Positions 27,336 through 37,770 of a DNA stretch of 64,000 bases are shown piece after piece. The translations under genes and the position numbers were made by a program. Under the pieces are notes generated by a model. It had not been told where the DNA came from. It saw nothing but the letters and a program-made list of their open reading frames with translations, and searched no databases. Position 1 is the stretch's first letter; every line of letters starts with the position of its first letter. Source of the stretch: Candidatus Poribacteria bacterium (GTDB lineage Bacteria > Poribacteria > WGA-4E > WGA-3G); assembly GCA_965205015.1 (NCBI GenBank), contig OZ242029.1, positions 1,376,001 through 1,440,000 on the forward strand. Reading direction: 5' to 3'.

Positions 27336-28124
27336 ATGGCTCGCTTTACAATCAGCTTAATCGTCGTCGGTTTCATGTTCGCACACCTTTGCAGTGCTGA
27401 AATCGATCCGGGATCTATTGTGGGTGCGTGGTTGTTTGATGAAACAGGTGGCAAAGTCGCCAAAGACGCATCCGATTACGGCAACGACGGTGACCTTGTC
27501 GGCGGTGCGAAATGGGTGAAGGGTAAATTCGGCAACGCTATTGAACTCAATGGAAAGGACGCTTGGGTCACTGTGCCAGAGATTGGACCGCTTGACGACT
27601 TTACACTCATGAAATGGTTCAATTCGACAGGCAGGGTTGGACTGTGGAGATGCTTCTTCAATCGTGACGGTTGGGCAGCTGGGTTTGTCCATTATCAATT
27701 CCGTCCAGATAACAAGATGGAGATGGCTATCCACTCCAACAACCCAGTGCGACATCCAGGGTGGCCCAATTCAGATTTCACGGCGGACAAAGACATCTTG
27801 GATAAATGGTTCCATCTCGCAGTCGCCTACAGCAGCACCGATGAATTCGTTCGCGTCTACTTCGATGGTGAACTCGATGCAGAGGGTAAATGGGGACCCT
27901 TGCCTGGGGAATTTGGACCCGGACGGATCGGCTCATGGGACGGTGGTGGAAGAGAGTGGGAAGGGATGTTCGACGAAATGCTACTCTTCGATGTCGCACT
28001 GGAGGAAGCGGACATTCAGTCGCTTATGGAAAACGGGTTAGAAGCCACGCTTGCTGTCGAACCGGCGGGTAAACTGACGACACATTGGGGGAAAATTAAG
28101 TTAGGGCAAACGCACAGTAGATAG
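27336..28124 (+). CDS. Secreted LamG/concanavalin-like domain protein
   Basis: Signal peptide, W.FDE..G..A.D.S..GNDG, GKFGNA, WFHLAV, FDE; C-terminal AVEPAGKLTTHWGKIK. Confidence 0.88.
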   Translation: MARFTISLIVVGFMFAHLCSAEIDPGSIVGAWLFDETGGKVAKDASDYGNDGDLVGGAKWVKGKFGNAIELNGKDAWVTVPEIGPLDDFTLMKWFNSTGRVGLWRCFFNRDGWAAGFVHYQFRPDNKMEMAIHSNNPVRHPGWPNSDFTADKDILDKWFHLAVAYSSTDEFVRVYFDGELDAEGKWGPLPGEFGPGRIGSWDGGGREWEGMFDEMLLFDVALEEADIQSLMENGLEATLAVEPAGKLTTHWGKIKLGQTHSR

Positions 28125-28212
28125 GCAGGAACGATGAGCAGATACCCTCTGATAGGCGCGCTTTCGGGCGCGCTCGGAGGTTCTGTCCGTTTACATTGTA
28201 TAATTACAGGAG

Positions 28213-28845
28213 TTAAAAAAGCGTCAGTTTTGGAATTTCGACCGCCTCCTGTAACTTTCGCACTCCCTCGGCGATATCGTCGACAAGAACTTGCCGTAGT
28301 GCTGTAAAATTCTCACCCTCCTGTCGTAGGACATAAGCAGGGTTAAACGTTGCCATAGCGAAGGGAGCGTACGTGGTATCCGTAAACCAGACACCACGTT
28401 CCTCTGTAATGCGAAAACCACGATGGATAAGCGCTTTCGCGGCAGGCGCGCCCATACAGAGAATGACTGAAGGTTGCATCACAGTCAACTCACCATCAAG
28501 CCACCTGGAACACGCCTTAATCTCTGATGCTTTCGGTGGACGGTTCTTTAGCACATCCCCTTTAGGACTCGCGGCACGACACTTAATGATGTTCGTGAGC
28601 CAAATATCGCTGCGCGTTAACCCATTTGCGGTCAAAACATCATCAAGCATATCCCCGGCAGGACCTGAAAATGGGAGTGCTGTCCGATTATCAGCAGCAG
28701 AGGGTCCCTCGGCAACAATCGCTAACTTTGCGGTGGCATTGCCGCTACCGAAAACAACATTCGCACGGGTTTTCGCCAAATCACAAGCCGTACAGACGCT
28801 TGCCCGCGTTTTGAGGGCTTGCATTTGTGTCTGAACACTACTCAC
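28213..28845 (-). CDS. Uracil-DNA glycosylase, family 4-like
   Basis: CTACDL, VFGSG, AEGPS, PFSGPAG, TNIIKCR, NRPP...C, TFNPA. GTG start at 28845 with SD GAGG (ORF track start 28863). Confidence 0.88.
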   Translation of the reverse strand: MSSVQTQMQALKTRASVCTACDLAKTRANVVFGSGNATAKLAIVAEGPSAADNRTALPFSGPAGDMLDDVLTANGLTRSDIWLTNIIKCRAASPKGDVLKNRPPKASEIKACSRWLDGELTVMQPSVILCMGAPAAKALIHRGFRITEERGVWFTDTTYAPFAMATFNPAYVLRQEGENFTALRQVLVDDIAEGVRKLQEAVEIPKLTLF

Positions 28846-28877
28846 TTTTTCACACCTCGCCAACGAAATCTATGAAA

Positions 28878-31433
28878 CTACAGGTTGCCTCCGGAAGTTT
28901 TTGCGAAGTGAATACTGGCGTGCACTAACTGATCCGGTTGTGTCCCCGTAAATGTTAGTTTATAAATCGGTTTGTCCCAATTATATTGATAATCGCTCCC
29001 ATAGGTTGCCACATTCACAGGTAGGTAACCCTCTGGCACATGAATAAAGCAGGTGCCTTCAGCCTGTCGAAGCGGTTTGCAGACAATCATGTAACATTGG
29101 CTGTGCCGATCCCAACCCGCAGATAGAATCTCAACACCGCCCTGTGTATAGTGCATATCGGTAGCGAGGAATTGCGGCACATCTTGTTCTTCACGGAAGC
29201 AGAGCAGTTTCGCAGAACGGGGGGGGATGTTCAACAACGTTACACTGTGTGAAACCTTTCCAAGATATTGGCGCATCCAGAAGTCGTGGACGAGGAATTC
29301 CTTAGATTTGGGTATCCCAAGTGTCTCCAGTTCAAAATAGGCGTCATCCTCGTAATCGTTCCAGTTGAAAACTGCGGCGAGATACCAGGATTCACGAGGT
29401 GTTGACACGGGGAGGCACCATATTTTTGGAAAAGGTTCATCGTAAAGGTCTATTGGTGTAGCAGCCGTGCCGATGAGTGGAAAGATTTTTGCTAAGTACC
29501 CCGCACGCGAAGGCATCAGTGTTGCAAATTGGTCCGCGCACAAGACTGTCCCACCACTCAATGCAGCCGCCGTCATTTCCACAATCGCCTCGTTGACCGG
29601 ACGGGGTTCATCAATGACAATCTCACCAAAGACGTGTCCCCAGAGAACGTTATGTTCCCTCAGATGCGCTGCATATCTGCTCAAGCGATGCTTTGTCCCC
29701 CGTTGATGATGCCACGCGTCGCTTGGACGGTTACGGTTGGAAACCCCGCTGATCGTAGAAAGGGAAGGACTGAGGAGTGGGGTATTCACATCAACACTAC
29801 CAATGTACAGCCCCGGGACAGTATTGTATCCTGCCAGCAGAACATCATCCTTTAGAAGCCCCTTCTCTGACTGTGCTTCATCAATCGTCTCCCTGAGCAA
29901 TTCCCCAGCGAGGCGATAAAGTTGGACCGAGGTCAGGCGGCTATCATGCCAGTGTAAGTTGTGAGAAGCGTTCGTAAGCCCCATCGTATAAGCCGTAAAG
30001 TCGGCGTTGATGAAGGAATATCCACATTCGCCAACTATCTGTTTAATTTGTTCGCGAATACGGGACTGCACCTCTGGATGCGAAACATCCAAGAGCGCCA
30101 CCTCTTTACCGGTCTCTGGTAGGTGAACGGAGGCAGGTTTATAGCCATTACGCGCAGCGTGCCCCCGTGAATATTTTTTTCCACCCCGGGACGCAGTTTT
30201 CTCTTGTACACAATAATCTGGATGGTTTTGGACAAGCGTCGAATCAAGTGCTGCACAAAACGGATTGAACCGGATCCCCGCTTTAAAACCCTTTGCTCGG
30301 ATATGACGGGTAACCGCTTTCATTTCCTCACGATCTTGCGATACCGAGACCTCTGACCCTTGTGAAAAAATCCCCACTTCTGATTCTGAGACCGCATTCA
30401 ATTGAATAGAATTAATGCCGCCTGGACAGTTCGGCTGAAACATCGGACTCTCGGCGAGAGCGTCTATTTGAGTTAAGATCGTATCCGCATTAAGGGATCC
30501 CTCTGTATCGGAAAACGTCCACACAGTAGCGGGTGGGTCGTATTCGAGGGAGGGTTGATTCTGAGCAGGATCGTTGTCGTGCGGGCTGTTCCGCGCGGCT
30601 ATCAGTGAAATATAATGTTCATAAGCCGCAGATACTTTATCTGCAAAGTTGATGTAAGCAGTTTCAGAGGTGATTTCCTCACCGGAATTGCACAGCTGCT
30701 GACCTTCATGATAAAGTGCCCAGGGATTAACACCCGACGCGGATGACTTTTTACCTTGTCCGCGTGAACCGCGCCCCCCATTTCTATGACAGCCCACTTG
30801 AATTCGGGGCCACCATTTCTCAGTCGTCAGGAAACCGAAGACGAGTGCTTTCCCCCCTTTTGTATCGCAAATCACACCATCAGTGCTCGGATGCATAGCG
30901 TCGGTTTCACTCAGTAGAAACCCTTCATAGAGTTTTCTACTGATACCGGGAGAAACGGGTGGCGTGTTAATAAAGAGATGGCAATCCGATGGAAGCCCGC
31001 CAAGCAGCACCCCACCCCGGTTAGATGAAACCCCAAGCACCGTTAGACTATTGAGTCGAAGGGGTTCCGATTTTAGGTTTTCAACACCGACCTTAAGATG
31101 TATCGCTGGGTGTTCGGCATAACAATTGAGGTAGGTGTTTATCCGAACCCCTTTACCTGGCGCCTCATGTGAGAAGCGAACTTGGTGATACCTCCCGAAA
31201 GCGTCGGTTTTCGGAAGTTCTGTGATAAATCCGCGAGTACCAGCGTCCTCAGTCTTGATGACACTCCCATCGCCAAGGGTTATCTGCGTGCAACCATCTC
31301 GGATAATTGTGTCGCCGTTTTCATCAATATAATCCCATGTTCCTTTTGAAAGGTTAAACTTAATCTCAAATTGCGCGTGGTTTATCACGGCAAGGTTACC
31401 CCGCCGTGAAACTGTTATCACATCTGATCTCAT
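28878..31433 (-). CDS. Glycoside hydrolase family 36 (alpha-galactosidase)-like protein, divergent
   Basis: GFKAGI.F.PF, LLDVSHPEV, INADF, AALSGG, AVFNW, HYTQG. Confidence 0.65.
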   Translation of the reverse strand: MRSDVITVSRRGNLAVINHAQFEIKFNLSKGTWDYIDENGDTIIRDGCTQITLGDGSVIKTEDAGTRGFITELPKTDAFGRYHQVRFSHEAPGKGVRINTYLNCYAEHPAIHLKVGVENLKSEPLRLNSLTVLGVSSNRGGVLLGGLPSDCHLFINTPPVSPGISRKLYEGFLLSETDAMHPSTDGVICDTKGGKALVFGFLTTEKWWPRIQVGCHRNGGRGSRGQGKKSSASGVNPWALYHEGQQLCNSGEEITSETAYINFADKVSAAYEHYISLIAARNSPHDNDPAQNQPSLEYDPPATVWTFSDTEGSLNADTILTQIDALAESPMFQPNCPGGINSIQLNAVSESEVGIFSQGSEVSVSQDREEMKAVTRHIRAKGFKAGIRFNPFCAALDSTLVQNHPDYCVQEKTASRGGKKYSRGHAARNGYKPASVHLPETGKEVALLDVSHPEVQSRIREQIKQIVGECGYSFINADFTAYTMGLTNASHNLHWHDSRLTSVQLYRLAGELLRETIDEAQSEKGLLKDDVLLAGYNTVPGLYIGSVDVNTPLLSPSLSTISGVSNRNRPSDAWHHQRGTKHRLSRYAAHLREHNVLWGHVFGEIVIDEPRPVNEAIVEMTAAALSGGTVLCADQFATLMPSRAGYLAKIFPLIGTAATPIDLYDEPFPKIWCLPVSTPRESWYLAAVFNWNDYEDDAYFELETLGIPKSKEFLVHDFWMRQYLGKVSHSVTLLNIPPRSAKLLCFREEQDVPQFLATDMHYTQGGVEILSAGWDRHSQCYMIVCKPLRQAEGTCFIHVPEGYLPVNVATYGSDYQYNWDKPIYKLTFTGTQPDQLVHASIHFAKTSGGNL

Positions 31434-31454
31434 CCATTAATTTCCTTTTTTTTA

Positions 31455-31570
31455 GTGGCTTTCAGCAAATTGGCTAACAGCCATCAGCCATCGGGTATCA
31501 GGTACTTGTGGCTATCGGAAATCATCGACTGACGGTTCTCATCTTTCCTGACTGCTAACTGCCGAGGGCT
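31455..31570. repeat. Heptamer-repeat inverted element
   Basis: CAGCCATCAGCCATCGG...CTGACTGCTAACTGCCGA. Confidence 0.5.
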
Positions 31571-31586
31571 CTTCTGTTGAAAGCCA

Positions 31587-32324
31587 TTAACTCCCGGAAG
31601 CGGCAACTGCCCAACAAGATAGGATCGCTGCGGGTTCATCTCCCACTTGAGCAAGCGAAAAGGTATCTCCAGGGGACAAGAAGAGGACATCATGGCGTTC
31701 CAAAGCACACGTTTCTCCGGTATCAGTCGTCACTTCAGCACACCCATCCCAGAGCACATAAATTGATTCGCTGTCTATCGGTTTATGTGCGAAGTTTTCC
31801 TCTTTGTTGAGATAGATGTAATCTAAGGAAAGATGTACAGAACCTTTCTGCGGAGAGACGACACTTCGCCATTCCGTGGATTTCCCAAAAACAGGCCCAC
31901 TGCGCGCCATATTGATGACTTGGACGTTACTTCGATGTCCATCTTGAGGTATGGGGGCTGCATTGGGTGTATCTCGCTCGCCGCGGTAGAGTGCCATATC
32001 CGGCGGTGCCTGGAAACTAATTAAACGTGCCATGTTCGGGGTCGTATTCACCGTTCCATGAACCTCGCCTGCGGGTACAAAGATGACATCGCCCGCAGCG
32101 ATGGGTGTATAGACCTCGCCTTGGCGGATAGCGCCACCCCCCTCTAAAACGACAATCGCGTCTTCCGACGCATCGTGATAATGCTGCGTAAACTCTTGAC
32201 CGGGGGCGTGAAGCCCATGGTTTAAGGTCAATTGTTTGGAACCCATATCGGGATGGACAACACGCCAGTTTTTACCTTTACCCATTTGAAAGGGCGTTCC
32301 GGATTGAAGATTCAAAATTTTCAT
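31587..32324 (-). CDS. Bicupin protein
   Basis: HYHDASED..VVLEG.G...GDVIFVPAGEVHG, plus a second degenerate cupin. Confidence 0.85.
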   Translation of the reverse strand: MKILNLQSGTPFQMGKGKNWRVVHPDMGSKQLTLNHGLHAPGQEFTQHYHDASEDAIVVLEGGGAIRQGEVYTPIAAGDVIFVPAGEVHGTVNTTPNMARLISFQAPPDMALYRGERDTPNAAPIPQDGHRSNVQVINMARSGPVFGKSTEWRSVVSPQKGSVHLSLDYIYLNKEENFAHKPIDSESIYVLWDGCAEVTTDTGETCALERHDVLFLSPGDTFSLAQVGDEPAAILSCWAVAASGS

Positions 32325-32367
32325 TCTTTTTGCCCCAAAGCACAAGGTGCCTTATATTGCAAGATGT

Positions 32368-32390
32368 CGGGATTCGGAGATCCCTTCTAC
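32368..32390 (-). repeat. GTAG REP-like palindrome supplying the rsmD stop codon
   Basis: GTAGAAGGGATCTCCGAATCCCG; its TAG is the rsmD stop. Near-identical copy at 55240-55262. Confidence 0.7.
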
Positions 32391-32974
32391 ACATTTTTCT
32401 GATAAAATGAGACAACTGTATCCCCGTAACGCGCGTGCCGACTCCGCTTCAAATCCCCAACTGCATCCGGCACAACATACTGCTTTGCGTGTTCAACAAG
32501 CAGCATGCCACCGACACAGAGCAACGAACTCTCAGCAAGCAGTGGTAAACAGGTTGTATACAGCTGCGATCCCTCCGCCAAATCAACACCATACGGGGGA
32601 TCAAAATAGATAATTTCAAATACAGTGGATCGCTTACACAGATACGCAATCCCTTTCACAACATCGCGACGGAGTAGATAATACCGTGCTTGGGATTCAG
32701 TAAGCAGACCACACGTGTGGAGGTTTCGTTCTATAATCTCGATGCACCGCGGATTGCGCTCCAAAAATGTGACATGTTTCGCGCCGCGGCTCAACGCTTC
32801 AATTCCCATACTCCCAGTACCGGCACAAAGGTCCAGGAAATTTGCGTCTACCATCCGTTCCTGCAGAATACTAAAAACCGATTCTTTAACCCGATCAGCG
32901 GTAGGGCGGACGAGACGATTCCCCTTTGGAGCCACCAAGCGTCTACCTCTGAATGTGCCAGCAATAACTCTCAT
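32387..32974 (-). CDS. rsmD: 16S rRNA (guanine966-N2)-methyltransferase
   Basis: MRVIAG..RGRRL, RPT.DRVKES.F, LDL.AGTG.MGIEALSRGA, DPPY, YGDT. Confidence 0.95.
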   Translation of the reverse strand: MRVIAGTFRGRRLVAPKGNRLVRPTADRVKESVFSILQERMVDANFLDLCAGTGSMGIEALSRGAKHVTFLERNPRCIEIIERNLHTCGLLTESQARYYLLRRDVVKGIAYLCKRSTVFEIIYFDPPYGVDLAEGSQLYTTCLPLLAESSLLCVGGMLLVEHAKQYVVPDAVGDLKRSRHARYGDTVVSFYQKNV

Positions 32975-32981
32975 GTTTAAT

Positions 32982-33110
32982 GGTTGTCAGTTATCAGTTT
33001 TCGGTTTTCAGTTAAGAGATTTTTCGGTAACAATTCACCCGTGTCTTGGAATATTCCAAACTGGGGAAGATTGTTACCAGAAACCTTTTTAACCGACAAT
33101 CGACACCCGT
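32982..33110. repeat. Heptamer-repeat inverted element
   Basis: GGTTGTCAGTTATCAGTTTTCGGTTTTCAGTTAAGAG...TTTTAACCGACAATCGAC. Confidence 0.65.
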
Positions 33111-33113
33111 TAA

Positions 33114-34439
33114 CTATTTGAACAACTCCTCTACCACCGAACCATCGTCAACGACCCGGATGGGGCGTCCGGCGCGAGAATAGTTCTCTTCATCAGCATC
33201 AATGCCGAGTGAGAAGCAAAGCGATGCAAATAGGTCTGGCACCCTAACAGCGCCACTGACGACTTCAGTTCCATCTTCATTTGTACTTCCGATGACCTGT
33301 CCACCGCGAGTACCCCCTCCCGCGACGACAGCCGACCACCCCGTGGTATGATGGTCACGTCCATCGTTATTGTTAATCCTCGGTGTGCGCCCGAACTCAC
33401 CGAGCCAGAGTACAAGCGTCTCTTCCAGAAGATCCCGTTCAGCCAAGTCCTTCAGGAGCATCGCGAACGCCGGATCTACCATAGCGAGGAGTTCTTTCGT
33501 CCGTTCAAAGTTGTTTTCATGTGTATCCCACCCGTCCAGCGAAACCTCAACAAATTTGACCCCAGCCTCTATCAGCCGTCGCGCCATCAAACAGCCGTGA
33601 CCGAATTTATTCATACCGTATGCCTCGCGGACAACCATCGGTTCTTCGGTGAGTTGAAACGCATCTATTTTCGGGGAGTTGATGAGCTGATCGGCTTTTT
33701 TGTAAATCGCCTCATGCGCCTCTGTGCTGCGTCCCGTCCGTTTCGCGATAAAATCCGCCTCAATCTCTTTCAGCATTTTCAAGCGTTCGCGAAAACGGTG
33801 TGTGTCCATCTGCGAAGGGTACGAAAGGTCTTCTACAGGGTTCATCGGATCCTTGACAACGAACGGATCGTGCGCTGCACCCAGGAAACCGCCGGAGTAG
33901 GTCGGCGAATTAATATTAACATAACTCGGAAGATCGGAGAGACTGTCCTCAAGGTAATAAGAGGTGAGTGAGCCGAGGGTTGGATGTCTGACTGCCCCAC
34001 CAGGCGCATACCCCGTATGCAATAAATAGCGTGCGCGTTCATGATTGCCTTCACGAGAAACCATCGATCGGATAATAGAGAGATGGTGCCCCTGCTCTGC
34101 AACATGCGGGAGGTGTTCGGAAACCTCTATGCCTTTGACGCTTGTCGGAATTGCTGCAAAGGGACCGCCATTTTTGGTGTCGGGTTTCGGATCAAAAGTG
34201 TCCAACTGACTCGCGCCACCACTCATGAACAGCACGATACAGTGTTTGGCGCGCGGTAGAACACCCTCAAGCTGCGCCAGGCTATTTGAACTGAAATGCT
34301 GCATCGCGACGAGTCCCAGAAAGCTGCTGATACCGCTTTTGACAAAACAGCGGCGTGAGATTTCCGTATGCCACAATTCGGGTGTGTCGTATTCTGGAAC
34401 CCACACTTTCGCGTTCATATCCACGCTCTCCTCAATCAT
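33114..34439 (-). CDS. DUF1501 family protein (Tat-like signal)
   Basis: SRRCFVK, GGASQLDTFDPKP, CLMARRLIEAGVKFVEV, WDTH, GEFGRTP, GRDH. Confidence 0.9.
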   Translation of the reverse strand: MIEESVDMNAKVWVPEYDTPELWHTEISRRCFVKSGISSFLGLVAMQHFSSNSLAQLEGVLPRAKHCIVLFMSGGASQLDTFDPKPDTKNGGPFAAIPTSVKGIEVSEHLPHVAEQGHHLSIIRSMVSREGNHERARYLLHTGYAPGGAVRHPTLGSLTSYYLEDSLSDLPSYVNINSPTYSGGFLGAAHDPFVVKDPMNPVEDLSYPSQMDTHRFRERLKMLKEIEADFIAKRTGRSTEAHEAIYKKADQLINSPKIDAFQLTEEPMVVREAYGMNKFGHGCLMARRLIEAGVKFVEVSLDGWDTHENNFERTKELLAMVDPAFAMLLKDLAERDLLEETLVLWLGEFGRTPRINNNDGRDHHTTGWSAVVAGGGTRGGQVIGSTNEDGTEVVSGAVRVPDLFASLCFSLGIDADEENYSRAGRPIRVVDDGSVVEELFK

Positions 34440-34814
34440 TCATTCTTACCATTTTAACACGCCACTGTCTTTTAAACAAGGAAAAAAGAAAATGTTAGGG
34501 TCGGTATGTGCGCCTCTGATCGCTGCAGTTCGCATCACTCTTCATTGGGTTCCGCTATCTCAACAAAGGCGCACTGACTTGCGTAAGTCCTGTTCGATTG
34601 CGTAAATCCTATCTTAAAACCGAAATCGGCTACAGCAGTATTTCCGAATTGGAATTCGATTTTTTTCCATGTTGCACCTTTTCCGACTTTAAATTCGTCT
34701 TTAATAATAGAGCGCGTAAACCGTATTGCATGACTTAATGTTAAAAGACTTGCCATTAGATTCAGTCTTTCAGTGAATACAGCGAAACCTCACCTTTTCA
34801 TCAGGGGGAATCTC

Positions 34815-37739
34815 GTGGAAAGAGAAGACGATGTTCAACTGATTCAGAGAACCTTATCGGGGGACGATACAGCGTTTGGTATCTTGCTCCGAAGACACCA
34901 GAAAAGCGTCCACGCGCTCGTCTGGCGAAAGATCGGGGATTTTCACACCGCTGAAGATATTACCCAAGACACCTTCCTTCAGGCATACAAAAAACTCTCA
35001 ACGCTCAAGAATCACAATCAGTTTGCCGGATGGCTGTATGTCATCGCGGATCGGCTTTGCATTGATTGGAGCCGAAAGAGAAGACTCCTAACGCAATCGC
35101 TGGAGGGCACCCCTGTGGAAGAAATCGAGAGAGCCTCTTATACACATCACGCATCAGAACAGTGGCAGACAGAGGTTACTGAGCATCGCCAGGAACTCGT
35201 CAAAAAACTACTTGCCAAACTCCCAGAGAGTGAACGCACAGTGGTTACGCTCTATTACCTCGGCGAAATGACGACCAAAGAGATTGGGAAATTCCTGGGC
35301 GTGTCGGTGGATACCATTAAAAGTAGGCTTCGTCGGGGACGAAAGCGTTTGCAAGAGGATGAGGAACTGATGATCCAGGAAGTTTTCGGCGGCGTGCAAA
35401 TACCGGCGAGTTTGTATGAGAACGTCATGCGAGAAGTCTCTGAAATTAATCCCGCACCCTCTTCGGTTCCTAAACCCTTTCTCCCATGGATGGCTTTGGG
35501 GGCAGCTGCGGTTTTGATCGCTTTACTTATCGGCGCGAGTAGCCGATACCTCACCCGCTTCCAGAAGCCGTATAGTTTCGATGCGCGATCTGAACCCACG
35601 ATTGAAATTGTCGACACGTCTATCATCTTTGATATGGCAACGAAGCCCGCTGTGCGAAATCAAGCCGGACGCGTTACCACTTCCGACAAAAATAGCAGCG
35701 CTGGCACCCAAGTTTCTGATGTAACCGCAACATCTACTGCCCCAGAGAATTCCACCAAGTTCTCTACCGCACAGTGGTCCCAGGGAAATGGACCGCCAGG
35801 GGGTCCTGTCCGCAATATCTTCGCTACACCTGATGGAACCGTCTATGCTGTCATACAAACAGGGATATACAGATTAGCAGCGGATGCGCCTGCGTGGACA
35901 CGCGTTGACACGAGTGTTCCGATTGGCACGTTTTGGATGCCAATGGCAGCGCATGGCGGTACGCTTTATATTGTTTCTACTGATGAGATATTTGCTTCAG
36001 ACAACAGGGGGGAGATGTGGAGGACGCTCGGTCCCCGACCCGAGGGAGATGCCGTTGAACTCGTCATTACAGATGCCGAAGAAGCGTCCAGTTCACAAGT
36101 GCCTTTTACGATGTATCTCGCCCTGAGAGATAAAGGGATTTTCCGGTCTACAGATGGTGGGGCGCACTGGCGTCCTCTGAACGACGGATTGACAGCGGAA
36201 AAGATTTCCGCAGTAACTGCTATTGAAAAAACAGTGTTCGCGGGGACAGAGAATGGTCTCTACCGTCTCGATTCAGATGTTTGGAAAAAATTGCCATTGG
36301 ATACATCGGGCGCCGTCTGTTCTTTGGCAGTCTCTGGGACTGATCTTTATGTTGGGATAGGTTCTGAACTGTTGGTAAGGTTAACAGGAACGGAGTTACG
36401 GCAGGTACCACAAGAAGATAAGTTAAATTTTTTCAAAATATTCCATTCGACTGACCTCGGAGCGTCGTGGACTAAAATAAAGTTTCGAAGTGGACGTACC
36501 AAAACCACACTGGCAGGGATAACGGTTTTGGCAACAGGGAACACGCTCTTGGCATTGAGCTCCGCCCAATTTCGTTCAACAGATGGCGGACAAACGTGGA
36601 CGGAACTTGAAAGGGATCATAGTTTTGTGGGCAACAGTCGTCTTCCGGTTGTAATGGTCAACGAGAGGACGTATTACAAAGCGAATACAGCGGGCATTCA
36701 CCGCACGACGGATGGCGGGACATCGTGGCATATCTTTATGGACGGGGTGATCGGAACTCGTATCGTGGATCTCGTCGCGTTGGACAGTGGATTATACACC
36801 CATACCGGTTATGATGTTTATCAATCGACAGATGCGGGTGTGTCTTGGAAAAAACTGTGGAATCATGAGCGGGAAGCCGTGCTCAACATCCCCACGACCA
36901 GGATAATTTTCGCGCCAAAACTGATACCTGTTGGCGACATTCTTTATTTTCTTGCAGGTCCAGAAACCGGAGTGGACAATGTGGGTATTTTCCGTTTATC
37001 AACGGATACGGATATGCTCATTCCAGTTCGAGATGTCCCCATTTTTGATCGTAGAAAAATCGGCTATGAAAAATTTTATTATCAGTCAGAAGATCGAGAG
37101 TATATTCGTACATTTCGTCTGAGAACGGAGACTGCTGCTGCGAGTCGTGATACCTTTTATGTAGAATACGCAGGCGAGCTCTACAAATGGAAACTGGGGG
37201 ATCCAGAGTGGACAAGCACTGGGTTGGTAGACGATGGTTATCGATATGATGAGAAATCCGGAGAGGGATTCGAATTCGGAGAGGGATTCAGATTAGCGGT
37301 TCTCGGAGAGACCGTCTACGTGGGGAAGCGGGAGGGTAAACTGTTTCAGTCGCTTGATGCAGCGGAGAGTTGGAAAGACATTACATCAAGCTTGCCGCTC
37401 CATTTCGCTCGCTTCAAAGATATGGTCTTTGTCGGGGCAACCCTTTACGTCGCAACAGATAATGGCGTTATGGCTTCCAGAACCGCGGAACATTGGTACG
37501 TGCTCACCGATAGTGCCGGCACGCGTTCGATCATAAATAGGTTTGCTGTAGATGGCAGCACAGTTTATGGTATCGGTGATGCGGGTGTCTACCGCTTGGA
37601 TACCCATAATCGATGGAAGCAGGTTTCTACGGAAGTGCCGGATGGACTTATTTCTCCCGCTATCACTCACGATACGCTCTATGGTATCATCAAAGGGCAG
37701 GGAATATTTCACACGTCCCTGGTTTCCGAAGAACGGTAG
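34815..37739 (+). CDS. ECF sigma factor fused via a TM helix to an extracytoplasmic BNR/beta-propeller domain
   Basis: AEDITQDTF, FAGWLY, region 4 TTKEIG.FLGVS..TIKSRL.R; TM; many STDGG..W repeats. Likely GTG start at 34815 (ORF track start 34773). Confidence 0.88.
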   Translation: MEREDDVQLIQRTLSGDDTAFGILLRRHQKSVHALVWRKIGDFHTAEDITQDTFLQAYKKLSTLKNHNQFAGWLYVIADRLCIDWSRKRRLLTQSLEGTPVEEIERASYTHHASEQWQTEVTEHRQELVKKLLAKLPESERTVVTLYYLGEMTTKEIGKFLGVSVDTIKSRLRRGRKRLQEDEELMIQEVFGGVQIPASLYENVMREVSEINPAPSSVPKPFLPWMALGAAAVLIALLIGASSRYLTRFQKPYSFDARSEPTIEIVDTSIIFDMATKPAVRNQAGRVTTSDKNSSAGTQVSDVTATSTAPENSTKFSTAQWSQGNGPPGGPVRNIFATPDGTVYAVIQTGIYRLAADAPAWTRVDTSVPIGTFWMPMAAHGGTLYIVSTDEIFASDNRGEMWRTLGPRPEGDAVELVITDAEEASSSQVPFTMYLALRDKGIFRSTDGGAHWRPLNDGLTAEKISAVTAIEKTVFAGTENGLYRLDSDVWKKLPLDTSGAVCSLAVSGTDLYVGIGSELLVRLTGTELRQVPQEDKLNFFKIFHSTDLGASWTKIKFRSGRTKTTLAGITVLATGNTLLALSSAQFRSTDGGQTWTELERDHSFVGNSRLPVVMVNERTYYKANTAGIHRTTDGGTSWHIFMDGVIGTRIVDLVALDSGLYTHTGYDVYQSTDAGVSWKKLWNHEREAVLNIPTTRIIFAPKLIPVGDILYFLAGPETGVDNVGIFRLSTDTDMLIPVRDVPIFDRRKIGYEKFYYQSEDREYIRTFRLRTETAAASRDTFYVEYAGELYKWKLGDPEWTSTGLVDDGYRYDEKSGEGFEFGEGFRLAVLGETVYVGKREGKLFQSLDAAESWKDITSSLPLHFARFKDMVFVGATLYVATDNGVMASRTAEHWYVLTDSAGTRSIINRFAVDGSTVYGIGDAGVYRLDTHNRWKQVSTEVPDGLISPAITHDTLYGIIKGQGIFHTSLVSEER

Positions 37740-37770
37740 ATAGATTTTTAGCCGAAGAAGGAGATAAAAA

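Noticed and set aside
28156-28173. Intrinsic terminator between the convergent LamG and UDG genes
   Set aside because: A GCGCGC hairpin is present but there is no adjacent U-tract on either strand.
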